A program made the translations under genes and the position numbers. A DNA stretch of 64,000 nt from the human T2T-CHM13v2.0 reference genome, Homo sapiens: the NCBI RefSeq assembly GCF_009914755.1, contig NC_060939.1. One strand, 5' to 3'. Below, in pieces: positions 26,649 to 40,937 of this stretch (its first letter is position 1; each line of letters opens with the position of its first letter). The notes beneath the pieces are model-generated. The model saw only the letters and a program-made list of their open reading frames with translations, ran no database searches and was not told the origin of the DNA.

Positions 26649-28422
26649 TTGAGTCCATTCAATTCCATTCCTTTCGTTTCCATTCCATTTGATGCCATTC
26701 CATTCAATTCTGTTCTACTCGACTCCAATACATTCAATTCCATTCCATCCGATTCCATTACATTCTTTTCATTTCTTATCCATTTCAAGCCATTCCACTC
26801 GATTCCATTCCACTCGTTTCCTTTCCATTCGAGTCCATTCCTCTCCAGTCCATTCCGTTCAATCCATTCCATTCCAGTCCATTCCATTCGAGTCCGTTCC
26901 ATTCCAGTCCATTCCATTCGAGTCAATTCCATCCCATTCGATGTCTTTCCATAACGATCCATTCCATTCTATTCCTTTCGATTCCATTCCATTCTATTTC
27001 ATTCCATTCGATTCCCTTCCATTGGACTCCTTTCCATTCGAGTGCATTCCATTCCGTTCCATTTCTTTCCGTTCTGTACGATTCCTACCGTTCGATTTCA
27101 TTTTGTTCCAGTCCATTCCTTTCGCGTCCATTCCATTCCATTTCACTCCATTCGATTCCATTCCACTCGATTCCACTTCGTTCCATATCATTGCATTCCA
27201 TTCTATTCAACTCTATTGCCTTCCATTCCATTCCATTCCATTACATTCCATGCGATTCCATTCGAAATCGAATCAATTACATTGCAATCCATTACTATTG
27301 AGTCCATTTTATTCCAGTCCACTGCATTCTGGTCCATTCCATTTGATTCCATTCCATTCTATTCCATTCCATACAGTTGCATTCCATTGAACTCCATTGT
27401 ATATCTATAAATTCAATTCGAGACCATTGCTTTTGAGTCCATTCTATATGATTCCATTCCATTCAAGTCCATTACATTTGGTTCAATTCCATTCCATTCC
27501 ATTCCCTTCCATTCCATTCCAGTTGATATCAATCCATTCGATTCCATTCCATTCGAGCACATTCCATTCGAGTCCATTCCATTCGATGCCATTCCATTTG
27601 ATTCTATTCCATTAGTCTCCATTCAATTCCATTAATCTGCATTCCATTCCATTCTAATCCAACTGATTCCATTCCATTCTATTCCTTTCCATTCCATTTC
27701 ATTCCATTCCATTCCATTTCATTCCATTCCATTCCATTCCATTCCATTCGCTTCCATTCCATTCGTGTCCATTGCATTCCAGTCCATTCCATTTGTGTCC
27801 ACTGCATTCCATTCCACTCCATTCCATATTATTCCATTACACTCCATTCCATTCTATTACTTTCATTTCCATTGAATTCCATTCCATTTGATTCCATTCC
27901 ACTCGGTTTCATTCCATTTGAGTCCACTCCACTCCATTCCATTCCATTCCGTTCCATTCAGTTCCATTCCATTCTGTTCCATTCCATTCCGTTCCATTGC
28001 ATTCCATTCCATTCGGTACCATTCCATATTGTTCCATTCGATTCCATTCGAATCCATTCCATTCCAGTCCATTCCATTCGATTCCATTCCATTCCTTTCA
28101 ATTCCATTCCATTCAATTCCATTCCACTTGATTCCACTCCATTCCCTTCCACTGCATTCCATTGTATTGCATTCCATTCCATTGGACTGCATTCCATTCG
28201 ATTCCATTCCATTCGAATCAATTACATAGCAATCCATTACATTCGAGTCTATTCTATTCCGTTCCATTCGATTTCGTTCCAATCCATTCGATTCCATTCC
28301 ATTCGATTCCATTCCATACTATTGCATTCCATTCTATTACATTATATTCGAATAAGTTCCATTCAAGACCATTTCTTTTGAGTCCATTCTATTTGAGTCC
28401 ATTCCCTTTGATTCCATAACAT
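26649..28422 (+). repeat. Type-B variant unit (unit 15, 1774 bp)
   Basis: TTGAACTCCATTGTATATC, ATTCGCTTCC, GTGTCCATTGCATT, EcoRI GAATTC at 27874, CCACTCCACTCC, GATTCCACTCC, 15-bp loss of the CCGTTCGATT block, GGACTGC. Confidence 0.88.
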
Positions 28423-30236
28423 TTGAGTCCATTCAATTCCATTCCTTTCGTTTCCATTCCATTTGATGCCATTCCATTCAATTCTGTTCTACTCGACTCC
28501 AATACATTCAATTCCATTCCATCCGATTCCATTACATTCTTTTCATTTCTTATCCATTTCAAGCCATTCCACTCCATTCCATTCCACTCGTTTCCTTTCC
28601 ATTCGAGTCCATTCCTCTCCAGTCCATTCCGTTCAATCCATTCCATTCCAGTCCATTCCATTCGAGTCTGTTCCATTCCAGTCCATTCCATTCGAGTCAA
28701 TTCCATTCCATTCGATGTCTTTCCATAACGATCCATTCCATTCTATTCCTTTCGATTCCATTCCATTCTATTTCATTCCATTCGATTCCCTTCCATTGGA
28801 CTCCTTTCCATTCGAGTGCATTCCATTCCGTTCCATTTCTTTCCGTTCTGTACGATTCCTACCGTTCGATTTCATTTTCTTCCAGTCCATTCTTTCGCGT
28901 CCATTCCATTCCATTTCACTCCATTCGATTCCATTCCACTCGATTCCACTTCGTTCCATTTCATTGCATTCCATTCTATTCAACTCTATTGCCTTCCATT
29001 CCATTCCATTCGATTACATTCCATGCGATTCCATTCGAAATCGAATCAATTACATTGCAATCCATTACTATTGAGTCCGTTTTATTCCAGTCCACTGCAT
29101 TCTGGTCCATTCCATTTGATTCCATTCCATTCTATTCCATTCCATACAGTTGCATTCCATTGGATTCCATGCTATATCTATAAATTCAATTCGAGACCAT
29201 TGCTTTTGAGTCCATTCTATATGATTCCATTCCATTCAAGTCCATTACATTTGGTTAAATTCCATTCCATTCGGTTCAATTCCATTCCATTCCATTCCCT
29301 TCCATTCCATTCCAGTTGATATCAATCCATTCGATTCCATTCCATTCGAGCACATTCCATTCGAGTCCATTCCATTCGATGCCATTCCATTTGATTCTAT
29401 TCCATTAGTCTCCATTCAATTCCATTAATCTCCATTCCATTCCATTCTACTCCAACTGATTCCATTCCATTCTGTTCCTTTCCATTCCATTTCATTCCAT
29501 TCCATTCCATTCCATTCCATTCCATTCCATTCCATTCCATTCGTGTCCATTCCACTCCAGTCCATTCCATTCGTATCCATTCCATTCCAGTCCATTCCAT
29601 TTGTGTCCACTGCATTCCATTCCACTTCATTCCATATTATTCCATTACACTCCATTCCATTCTATTACTTTCATTTCCATTCAATTCCATTCCATTTGAT
29701 TCCATTCCACTCGGTTTCATTCCATTTGAGTCCACTCCATTCCATTCCATTCCATTCAGTTCCATTCCATTCTGTTCCATTCCATTCCGTTCCGTTACAT
29801 TCCATTCCATTCGGTACCATTCCATATTGTTCCATTCGATTCCATTCGAATCCATTCCATTCCAGTCCATTCCATTCGATTTCATTCCATTCATTTCAAT
29901 TCCATTCCATTCCATTCCATTACATTCCACTTGATTCCTCTCCATTCCCTTCCACTGCATTCCGTTCGATTCCATTCCATTGCATTGCATTCCATTCCAT
30001 TGGATTGCATTCCATTCGATTCCATTCCATTCGAATCAATTACATAGCAATCCATTACTTTCGAGTCTATTCTCTTCCGTTCCATTCGATTTCGTTCCAA
30101 TCCATTCGATTCCATTCCATTCGATTCCATTCCATACTATTGCATTCCATTCGATTACATTATATTCGAATAAGTTCCATTCAAGACCATTTCTTTTGAG
30201 TCCATTCTGAGTCCATTCCCTTTGATTCCATAACAT

Positions 30237-32010
30237 TTGAGTCCATTCAATTCCATTCCTTTCGTTTCCATTCCATTTGATGCCATTCCATTCAATTCTG
30301 TTCTACTCGACTCCAATACATTCAATTCCATTCCTTCCGATTCCATTACATTCTTTTCATTTCTTATCCATTTCAAGCCATTCCACTCCATTCCATTCCA
30401 CTCGTTTCCTTTCCATTCGAGTCCATTCCTCTCCAGTCCATTCCGTTCAATCCATTCCATTCCAGTCCATTCCATTCGAGTCCGTTCCATTCCAGTCCAT
30501 TCCATTCGAGTCAATTCCATTCCATTCGATGTCTTTCCATAACGATCCATTCCATTCTATTCCTTTCGATTCCATTCCATTCTATTTCATTCCATTCGAT
30601 TCCCTTCCATTGGACTCCTTTCCATTCGAGTGCATTCCATTCCGTTCCATTTCTTTCCGTTCTGTACGATTCCTACCGTTCGATTTCATTTTCTTCCAGT
30701 CCATTCCTTTCGCGTCCATTCCATTCCATTTCACTCCATTCGATTCCATTCCACTCGATTCCACTTCGTTCCATTTCATTGCATTCCATTCTATTCAACT
30801 CTATTGCCTTCCATTCCATTCCATTCCATTACATTCCATGCGATTCCATTCGAAATCGAATCAATTACATTGCAATCCATTACTATTGAGTCCATTTTAT
30901 TCCAGTCCACTGCATTCTGGTCCATTCCATTTGATTCCATTCCATTCTATTCCATTCCATACAGTTGCATTCCATTGAACTCCATTGTATATCTATAAAT
31001 TCAATTCGAGACCATTGCTTTTGAGTCCATTCTATATGATTCCATTCCATTCAAGTCCATTACATTTGGTTCAATTCCATTCCATTCCATTCCCTTCCAT
31101 TCCATTCCAGTTGATATCAATCCATTCGATTCCATTCCATTCGAGCACATTCCATTCGAGTCCATTCCATTCGATGCCATTCCATTTGATTCTATTCCAT
31201 TAGTCTCCATTCAATTCCATTAATCTGCATTCCATTCCATTCTACTCCAACTGATTCCATTCCATTCTATTCCTTTCCATTCCATTTCATTCCATTCCAT
31301 TCCATTTCATTCCATTCCATTCCATTCCATTCCATTCGCTTCCATTCCATTCGTGTCCATTGCATTCCAGTCCATTCCATTTGTGTCCACTGCATTCCAT
31401 TCCACTCCATTCCATATTATTCCATTACACTCCATTCCATTCTATTACTTTCATTTCCATTGAATTCCATTCCATTTGATTCCATTCCACTCGGTTTCAT
31501 TCCATTTGAGTCCACTCCACTCCATTCCATTCCATTCCATTCCATTCAGTTCCATTCCATTCTGTTCCATTCCATTCCGTTCCATTGCATTCCATTCCAT
31601 TCGGTACCATTCCATATTGTTCCATTCGATTCCATTCGAATCCATTCCATTCCAGTCCATTCCATTCGATTCCATTCCATTCCTTTCAATTCCATTCCAT
31701 TCCATTCCATTCCACTTGATTCCACTCCATTCCCTTCCACTGCATTCCATTGCATTGCATTCCATTCCATTGGACTGCATTCCATTCGATTCCATTCCAT
31801 TCGAATCAATTACATAGCAATCCATTACATTCGAGTCTATTCTATTCCGTTCCATTCGATTTCGTTCCAATCCATTCGATTCCATTCCATTCGATTCCAT
31901 TCCATACTATTGCATTCCATTCTATTACATTATATTCGAATAAGTTCCATTCAAGACCATTTCTTTTGAGTCCATTCTATTTGACTCCATTCCCTTTGAT
32001 TCCATAACAT
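30237..32010 (+). repeat. Type-B variant unit (unit 17, 1774 bp)
   Basis: Same diagnostic set; GAATTC at 31462. Confidence 0.88.
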
Positions 32011-33823
32011 TTGAGTCCATTCAATTCCATTCCTTTCGTTTCCATTCCATTTGATGCCATTCCATTCAATTCTGTTCTACTCGACTCCAATACATTCAAT
32101 TCCATTCCATCCGATTCCATTACATTCTTTTCATTTCTTATCCATTTCAAGCCATTCCACTCCATTCCATTCCACTCGTTTCCTTTCCATTCGAGTCCAT
32201 TCCTCTCCAGTCCATTCCGTTCAATCCATTCCATTCCAGTCCATTCCATTCGAGTCTGTTCCATTCCAGTCCATTCCATTCGAGTCAATTCCATCCCATT
32301 CGATGTCTTTCCATAACGATCCATTCCATTCTATTCCTTTCGATTCCATTCCATTCTATTTCATTCCATTCGATTCCCTTCCATTGGACTCCTTTCCATT
32401 CGAGTGCATTCCATTCCGTTCCATTTCTTTCCGTTCTGTACGATTCCTACCGTTCGATTTCATTTTCTTCCAGTCCATTCTTTCGCGTCCATTCCATTCC
32501 ATTTCACTCCATTCGATTCCATTCCACTCGATTCCACTTCGTTCCATTTCATTGCATTCCATTCTATTCAACTCTATTGCCTTCCATTCCATTCCATTCG
32601 ATTACATTCCATGCGATTCCATTCGAAATCGAATCAATTACATTGCAATCCATTACTATTGAGTCCGTTTTATTCCAGTCCACTGCATTCTGGTCCATTC
32701 CATTTGATTCCATTCCATTCTATTCCATTCCATACAGTTGCATTCCATTGGATTCCATGCTATATCTATAAATTCAATTCGAGACCATTGCTTTTGAGTC
32801 CATTCTATATGATTCCATTCCATTCAAGTCCATTACATTTGGTTAAATTCCATTCCATTCGGTTCAATTCCATTCCATTCCATTCCCTTCCATTCCATTC
32901 CAGTTGATATCAATCCATTCGATTCCATTCCATTCGAGCACATTCCATTCGAGTCCATTCCATTCGATGCCATTCCATTTGATTCTATTCCATTAGTCTC
33001 CATTCAATTCCATTAATCTCCATTCCATTCCATTCTACTCCAACTGATTCCATTCCATTCTGTTCCTTTCCATTCCATTTCATTCCATTCCATTCCATTC
33101 CATTCCATTCCATTCCATTCCATTCGTGTCCATTCCACTCCAGTCCATTCCATTCGTATCCATTCCATTCCAGTCCATTCCATTTGTGTCCACTGCATTC
33201 CATTCCACTCCATTCCATATTATTCCATTACACTCCATTCCATTCTATTACTTTCATTTCCATTCAATTCCATTCCATTTGATTCCATTCCACTCGGTTT
33301 CATTCCATTTGAGTCCACTCCATTCCATTCCATTCCATTCAGTTCCATTCCATTCTGTTCCATTCCATTCCGTTCCGTTACATTCCATTCCATTCGGTAC
33401 CATTCCATATTGTTCCATTCGATTCCATTCGAATCCATTCCATTCCAGTCCATTCCATTCGATTCCATTCCATTCCTTTCAATTCCATTCCATTCCATTC
33501 CATTACATTCCACTTGATTCCTCTCCATTCCCTTCCACTGCATTCCGTTCGATTCCATTCCATTGCATTGCATTCCATTCCATTGGATTGCATTCCATTC
33601 GATTCCATTCCATTCGAATCAATTACATAGCAATCCATTACATTCGAGTCTATTCTCTTCCGTTCCATTCGATTTCGTTCCAATCCATTCGATTCCATTC
33701 CATTCGATTCCATTCCATACTATTGCATTCCATTCGATTACATTATATTCGAATAAGTTCCATTCAAGACCATTTCTTTTGAGTCCATTCTATTTGAGTC
33801 CATTCCCTTTGATTCCATAACAT

Positions 33824-35602
33824 TTGAGTCCATTCAATTCCATTCCTTTCGTTTCCATTCCATTTGATGCCATTCCATTCAATTCTGTTCTACTCGACTC
33901 CAATACATTCAATTCCATTCCATCCGATTCCATTACATTCTTTTCATTTCTTATCCATTTCAAGCCATTCCACTCCATTCCATTCCACTCGTTTCCTTTC
34001 CATTCGAGTCCATTCCTCTCCAGTCCATTCCGTTCAATCCATTCCATTCCAGTCCATTCCATTCGAGTCCGTTCCATTCCAGTCCATTCCATTCGAGTCA
34101 ATTCCATTCCATTCGATGTCTTTCCATAACGATCCATTCCATTCTATTCCTTTCGATTCCATTCCATTCTATTTCATTCCATTCGATTCCCTTCCATTGG
34201 ACTCCTTTCCATTCGAGTGCATTCCATTCCGTTCCATTTCTTTCCGTTCTGTACGATTCCTACCGTTCGATTTCATTTTGTTCCAGTCCATTCCTTTCGC
34301 GTCCATTCCATTCCATTTCACTCCATTCGATTCCATTCCACTCGATTCCACTTTGTTCCATTTCATTGCATTCCATTCTATTCAACTCTATTGCCTTCCA
34401 TTCCATTCCATTCGATTACATTCCATGCGATTCCATTCGAAATCGAATCAATTACATTGCAAACCATTACTATTGAGTCCGTTTTATTCCAGTCCACTGC
34501 ATTCTGGTCCATTCCATTTGATTCCATTCCATTCTATTCCATTCCATACAGTTGCATTCCATTGGATTCCATGCTATATCTATAAATTCAATTCGAGACC
34601 ATTGCTTTTGAGTCCATTCTATATGATTCCATTCCATTCAAGTCCATTACATTTGGTTCAATTCCATTCCATTCCATTCCCTTCCATTCCATTCCATTTG
34701 ATATCAATCCATTCGATTCCATTCCATTCGAGCACATTCCATTCGAGTCCATTCCATTCGATGCCATTCCATTTGATTCTATTCCATTAGTCTCCATTCA
34801 ATTCCATTAATCTCCATTCCATTCCATTCTAATCCAACTGATTCCATTCCATTCTATTCCTTTCCATTCCATTTCATTCCATTCCATTCCATTTCATTCC
34901 ATTCCATTCCATTCGTGTCCATTCCACTCCAGTCCATTCCATTCGTGTCCATTCCATTCCAGTCCATTCCATTTGTGTCCACTGCATTCCATTCCACTCC
35001 ATTCCATATTATTCCATTACACTCCATTCCATTCTATTACTTTCATTTCCATTCAATTCCACTCCATTTGATTCCATTCCACTCGGTTTCATTCCATTTG
35101 AGTCCACTCCATTCCATTCCATTCCATTCCATTCAGTTCCATTCCATTCCGTTCCATTACATTCCATTCCATTCGGTACCATTCCATATTGTTCCATTCG
35201 ATTCCATTCGAATCCATTCCATTCCAGTCCATTCCATTCGATTCCATTCCATTCATTTCAATTCCATTCCATTCCATTCCATTCCATTCCACTTGATTCC
35301 TCTCCATTCCCTTCCACTGCATTCCGTTCGATTCCATTCCATTGCATTGCATTCCATTCCTTTGGATTGCATTCCATTCGATTCCATTCCATTCGAATCA
35401 ATTACATAGCAATCCATTACATTCGAGTCTATTCTATTCCGTTCCATTCGATTTCGTTCCAATCCATTCGATTCCATTCCATTCGATTCCATTCCATACT
35501 ATTGCATTCCATTCGATTACATTATATTCGAATAAGTTCCATTCAAGACCATTTCTTTTGAGTCCTTTCTATTTGAGTCCATTCCCTTTGATTCCATAAC
35601 AT
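33824..35602 (+). repeat. Type-C variant unit (unit 19, 1779 bp)
   Basis: Same diagnostic set; CAAACC at 34460; shares private SNVs with unit 14. Confidence 0.85.
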
Positions 35603-37356
35603 TTGAGTCCATTCAATTCCATTCCTTTCGTTTCCATTCCATTTGATGCCATTCCATTCAATTCTGTTCTACTCGACTCCAATACATTCAATTCCATTCC
35701 ATCCGATTCCATTACATTCTTTTCATTTCTTATCCATTTCAAGCCATTCCACTCGATTCCATTCCACTCGTTTCCTTTCCATTCGAGTCCATTCCTCTCC
35801 AGTCCATTCCGTTCAATCCATTCCATTCCAGTCCATTCCATTCGAGTCCGTTCCATTCCAGTCCATTCCATTCGAGTCAATTCCATCCCATTCGATGTCT
35901 TTCCATAACGATCCATTCCATTCTATTCCTTTCGATTCCATTCCATTCTATTTCATTCCATTCGATTCCCTTCCATTGGACTCCTTTCCATTCGAGTGCA
36001 TTCCATTCCGTTCCATTTCTTTCCGTTCTGTACGATTCCTACCGTTCGATTTCATTTTGTTCCAGTCCATTCCTTTCGCGTCCATTCCATTCCATTTCAC
36101 TCCATTCGATTCCATTCCACTCGATTCCACTTCGTTCCATATCATTGCATTCCATTCTATTCAACTCTATTGCCTTCCATTCCATTCCATTCGATTACAT
36201 TCCATGCGATTCCATTCGAAATCGAATCAATTACATTGCAATCCATTACTATTGAGTCCATTTTATTCCAGTCCACTGCATTCTGGTCCATTCCATTTGA
36301 TTCCATTCCATTCTATTCCATTGCATACAGTTGCATTCCATTGAACTCCATTGTATATCTATAAATTCAATTCGAGACCATTGCTTTTGAGTCCATTCTA
36401 TATGATTCCATTCCATTCAAGTCCATTACATTTGGTTCAATTCCATTCCATTCCATTCCCTTCCATTCCATTCCAGTTGATATCAATCCATTCGATTCCA
36501 TTCCATTCGAGCACATTCCATTCGAGTCCATTCCATTCGATGCCATTCCATTTGATTCTATTCCATTAGTCTCCATTCAATTCCATTAATCTGCATTCCA
36601 TTCCATTCTACTCCAACTGATTCCATTCCATTCTATTCCTTTCCATTCCATTTCATTCCATTCCATTCCATTCCATTCCATTCGCTTCCATTCCATTCGT
36701 GTCCATTGCATTCCAGTCCATTCCATTTGTGTCCACTGCATTCCATTCCACTCCATTCCATATTATTCCATTACACTCCATTCCATTCTATTACTTTCAT
36801 TTCCATTGAATTCCATTCCATTTGATTCCATTCCACTCGGTTTCATTCCATTTGAGTCCACTCCACTCCATTCCATTCCATTCCATTCCATTCAGTTCCA
36901 TTCCATTCTGTTCCATTCCATTCCGTTCCATTGCATTCCATTCCATTCGGTACCATTCCATATTGTTCCATTCGATTCCATTCGAATCCATTCCATTCCA
37001 GTCCATTCCATTCGATTCCATTCCATTCCTTTCAATTCCATTCCATTCCATTCCATTCCACTTGATTCCACTCCATTCCCTTCCACTGCATTCCATTGCA
37101 TTGCATTCCATTCCATTGGACTGCATTCCATTCGATTCCATTCCATTCGAATCAATTACATAGCAATCCATTACATTCGAGTCTATTCTATTCCGTTCCA
37201 TTCGATTTCGTTCCAATCCATTCGATTCCATTCCATTCGATTCCATTCCATACTATTGCATTCCATTCTATTACATTATATTCGAATAAGTTCCATTCAA
37301 GACCATTTCTTTTGAGTCCATTCTATTTGAGTCCATTCCCTTTGATTCCATAACAT
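35603..37356 (+). repeat. Type-B variant unit (unit 20, 1754 bp)
   Basis: Same diagnostic set; GAATTC at 36808; 20 bp shorter in the TTTCATTCC tract near 36651. Confidence 0.88.
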
Positions 37357-39164
37357 TTGAGTCCATTCAATTCCATTCCTTTCGTTTCCATTCCATTTGA
37401 TGCCATTCCATTCAATTCTGTTCTACTCGACTCCAATACATTCAATTCCATTCCATCCGATTCCATTACATTCTTTTCATTTCTTATCCATTTCAAGCCA
37501 TTCCACTCCATTCCATTCCACTCGTTTCCTTTCCATTCGAGTCCATTCCTCTCCAGTCCATTCCGTTCAATCCATTCCATTCCAGTCCATTCCATTCGAG
37601 TCTGTTCCATTCCAGTCCATTCCATTCGAGTCAATTCCATCCCATTCGATGTCTTTCCATAACGATCCATTCCATTCTATTCCTTTCGATTCCATTCCAT
37701 TCTATTTCATTCCATTCGATTCCCTTCCATTGGACTCCTTTCCATTCGAGTGCATTCCATTCCGTTCCATTTCTTTCCGTTCTGTACGATTCCTACCGTT
37801 CGATTTCATTTTGTTCCAGTCCATTCTTTCGCGTCCATTCCATTCCATTTCACTCCATTCGATTCCATTCCACTCGATTCCACTTCGTTCCATTTCATTG
37901 CATTCCATTCTATTCAACTCTATTGCCTTCCATTCCATTCCATTCCATTACATTCCATGCGATTCCATTCGAAATCGAATCAATTACATTGCAATCCATT
38001 ACTATTGAGTCCGTTTTATTCCAGTCCACTGCATTCTGGTCCATTCCATTTGATTCCATTCCATTCTATTCCATTCCATACAGTTGCATTCCATTGGATT
38101 CCATGCTATATCTATAAATTCAATTCGAGACCATTGCTTTTGAGTCCATTCTATATGATTCCATTCCATTCAAGTCCATTACATTTGGTTAAATTCCATT
38201 CCATTCGGTTCAATTCCATTCCATTCCATTCCCTTCCATTCCATTCCAGTTGATATCAATCCATTCGATTCCATTCCATTCGAGCACATTCCATTCGAGT
38301 CCATTCCATTCGATGCCATTCCATTTGATTCTATTCCATTAGTCTCCATTCAATTCCATTAATCTCCATTCCATTCCATTCTACTCCAACTGATTCCATT
38401 CCATTCTGTTCCTTTCCATTCCATTTCATTCCATTCCATTCCATTCCATTCCATTCCATTCCATTCGTGTCCATTCCACTCCAGTCCATTCCATTCGTAT
38501 CCATTCCATTCCAGTCCATTCCATTTGTGTCCACTGCATTCCATTCCACTTCATTCCATATTATTCCATTACACTCCATTCCATTCTATTACTTTCATTT
38601 CCATTCAATTCCATTCCATTTGATTCCATTCCACTCGGTTTCATTCCATTTGAGTCCACTCCATTCCATTCCATTCCATTCAGTTCCATTCCATTCTGTT
38701 CCATTCCATTCCGTTCCGTTACATTCCATTCCATTCGGTACCATTCCATATTGTTCCATTCGATTCCATTCGAATCCATTCCATTCCAGTCCATTCCATT
38801 CGATTTCATTCCATTCATTTCAATTCCATTCCATTCCATTCCATTACATTCCACTTGATTCCTCTCCATTCCCTTCCACTGCATTCCGTTCGATTCCATT
38901 CCATTGCATTGCATTCCATTCCATTGGATTGCATTCCATTCGATTCCATTCCATTCGAATCAATTACATAGCAATCCATTACATTCGAGTCTATTCTCTT
39001 CCGTTCCATTCGATTTCGTTCCAATCCATTCGATTCCATTCCATTCGATTCCATTCCATACTATTGCATTCCATTCGATTACATTATATTCGAATAAGTT
39101 CCATTCAAGACCATTTCTTTTGAGTCCATTCTATTTGAGTCCATTCCCTTTGATTCCATAACAT

Positions 39165-40937
39165 TTGAGTCCATTCAATTCCATTCCTTTCGTTTCCATT
39201 CCATTTGATGCCATTCCATTCAATTCTGTTCTACTCGACTCCAATACATTCAATTCCATTCCATCCGATTCCATTACATTCTTTTCATTTCTTATCCATT
39301 TCAAGCCATTCCACTCCATTCCATTCCACTCGTTTCCTTTCCATTCGAGTCCATTCCTCTCCAGTCCATTCCGTTCAATCCATTCCATTCCAGTCCATTC
39401 CATTCGAGTCCGTTCCATTCCAGTCCATTCCATTCGAGTCAATTCCATTCCATTCGATGTCTTTCCATAACGATCCATTCCATTCTATTCCTTTCGATTC
39501 CATTCCATTCTATTTCATTCCATTCGATTCCCTTCCATTGGACTCCTTTCCATTCGAGTGCATTCCATTCCGTTCCATTTCTTTCCGTTCTGTACGATTC
39601 CTACCGTTCGATTTCATTTTGTTCCAGTCCATTCTTTCGCGTCCATTCCATTCCATTTCACTCCATTCGATTCCATTCCACTCGATTCCACTTCGTTCCA
39701 TTTCATTGCATTCCATTCTATTCAACTCTATTGCCTTCCATTCCATTCCATTCCATTACATTCCATGCGATTCCATTCGAAATCGAATCAATTACATTGC
39801 AATCCATTACTATTGAGTCCATTTTATTCCAGTCCACTGCATTCTGGTCCATTCCATTTGATTCCATTCCATTCTATTCCATTCCATACAGTTGCATTCC
39901 ATTGAACTCCATTGTATATCTATAAATTCGATTCGAGACCATTGCTTTTGAGTCCATTCTATATGATTCCATTCCATTCAAGTCCATTACATTTGGTTCA
40001 ATTCCATTCCATTCCATTCCCTTCCATTCCATTCCAGTTGATATCAATCCATTCGATTCCATTCCATTCGAGCACATTCCATTCGAGTCCATTCCATTCG
40101 ATGCCATTCCATTTGATTCTATTCCATTAGTCTCCATTCAATTCCATTAATCTGCATTCCATTCCATTCTACTCCAACTGATTCCATTCCATTCTATTCC
40201 TTTCCATTCCATTTCATTCCATTCCATTCCATTTCATTCCATTCCATTCCATTCCATTCCATTCGCTTCCATTCCATTCGTGTCCATTGCATTCCATTCC
40301 ATTCCATTTGTGTCCACTGCATTCCATTCCACTCCATTCCATATTATTCCATTACACTCCATTCCATTCTATTACTTTCATTTCCATTGAATTCCATTCC
40401 ATTTGATTCCATTCCACTCGGTTTCATTCCATTTGAGTCCACTCCACTCCATTCCATTCCATTCCATTCCATTCAGTTCCATTCCATTCTGTTCCATTCC
40501 ATTCCGTTCCATTGCATTCCATTCCATTCGGTACCATTCCATATTGTTCCATTCGATTCCATTCGAATCCATTCCATTCCAGTCCATTCCATTCGATTCC
40601 ATTCCATTCCTTTCAATTCCATTCCATTCCATTCCATTCCACTTGATTCCACTCCATTCCCTTCCACTGCATTCCATTGCATTGCATTCCATTCCATTGG
40701 ACTGCATTCCATTCGATTCCATTCCATTCGAATCAATTACATAGCAATCCATTACATTCGAGTCTGTTCTATTCCGTTCCATTCGATTTCGTTCCAATCC
40801 ATTCGATTCCATTCCATTCGATTCCATTCCATACTATTGCATTCCATTCTATTACATTATATTCGAATAAGTTCCATTCAAGACCATTTCTTTTGAGTCC
40901 ATTCTATTTGAGTCCATTCCCTTTGATTCCATAACAT
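39165..40937 (+). repeat. Type-B variant unit (unit 22, 1773 bp; A-like start)
   Basis: GAATTC at 40389 and the other B markers, but lacks the +1 C (ATTCTTTCGCG at ~39631). Confidence 0.85.
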
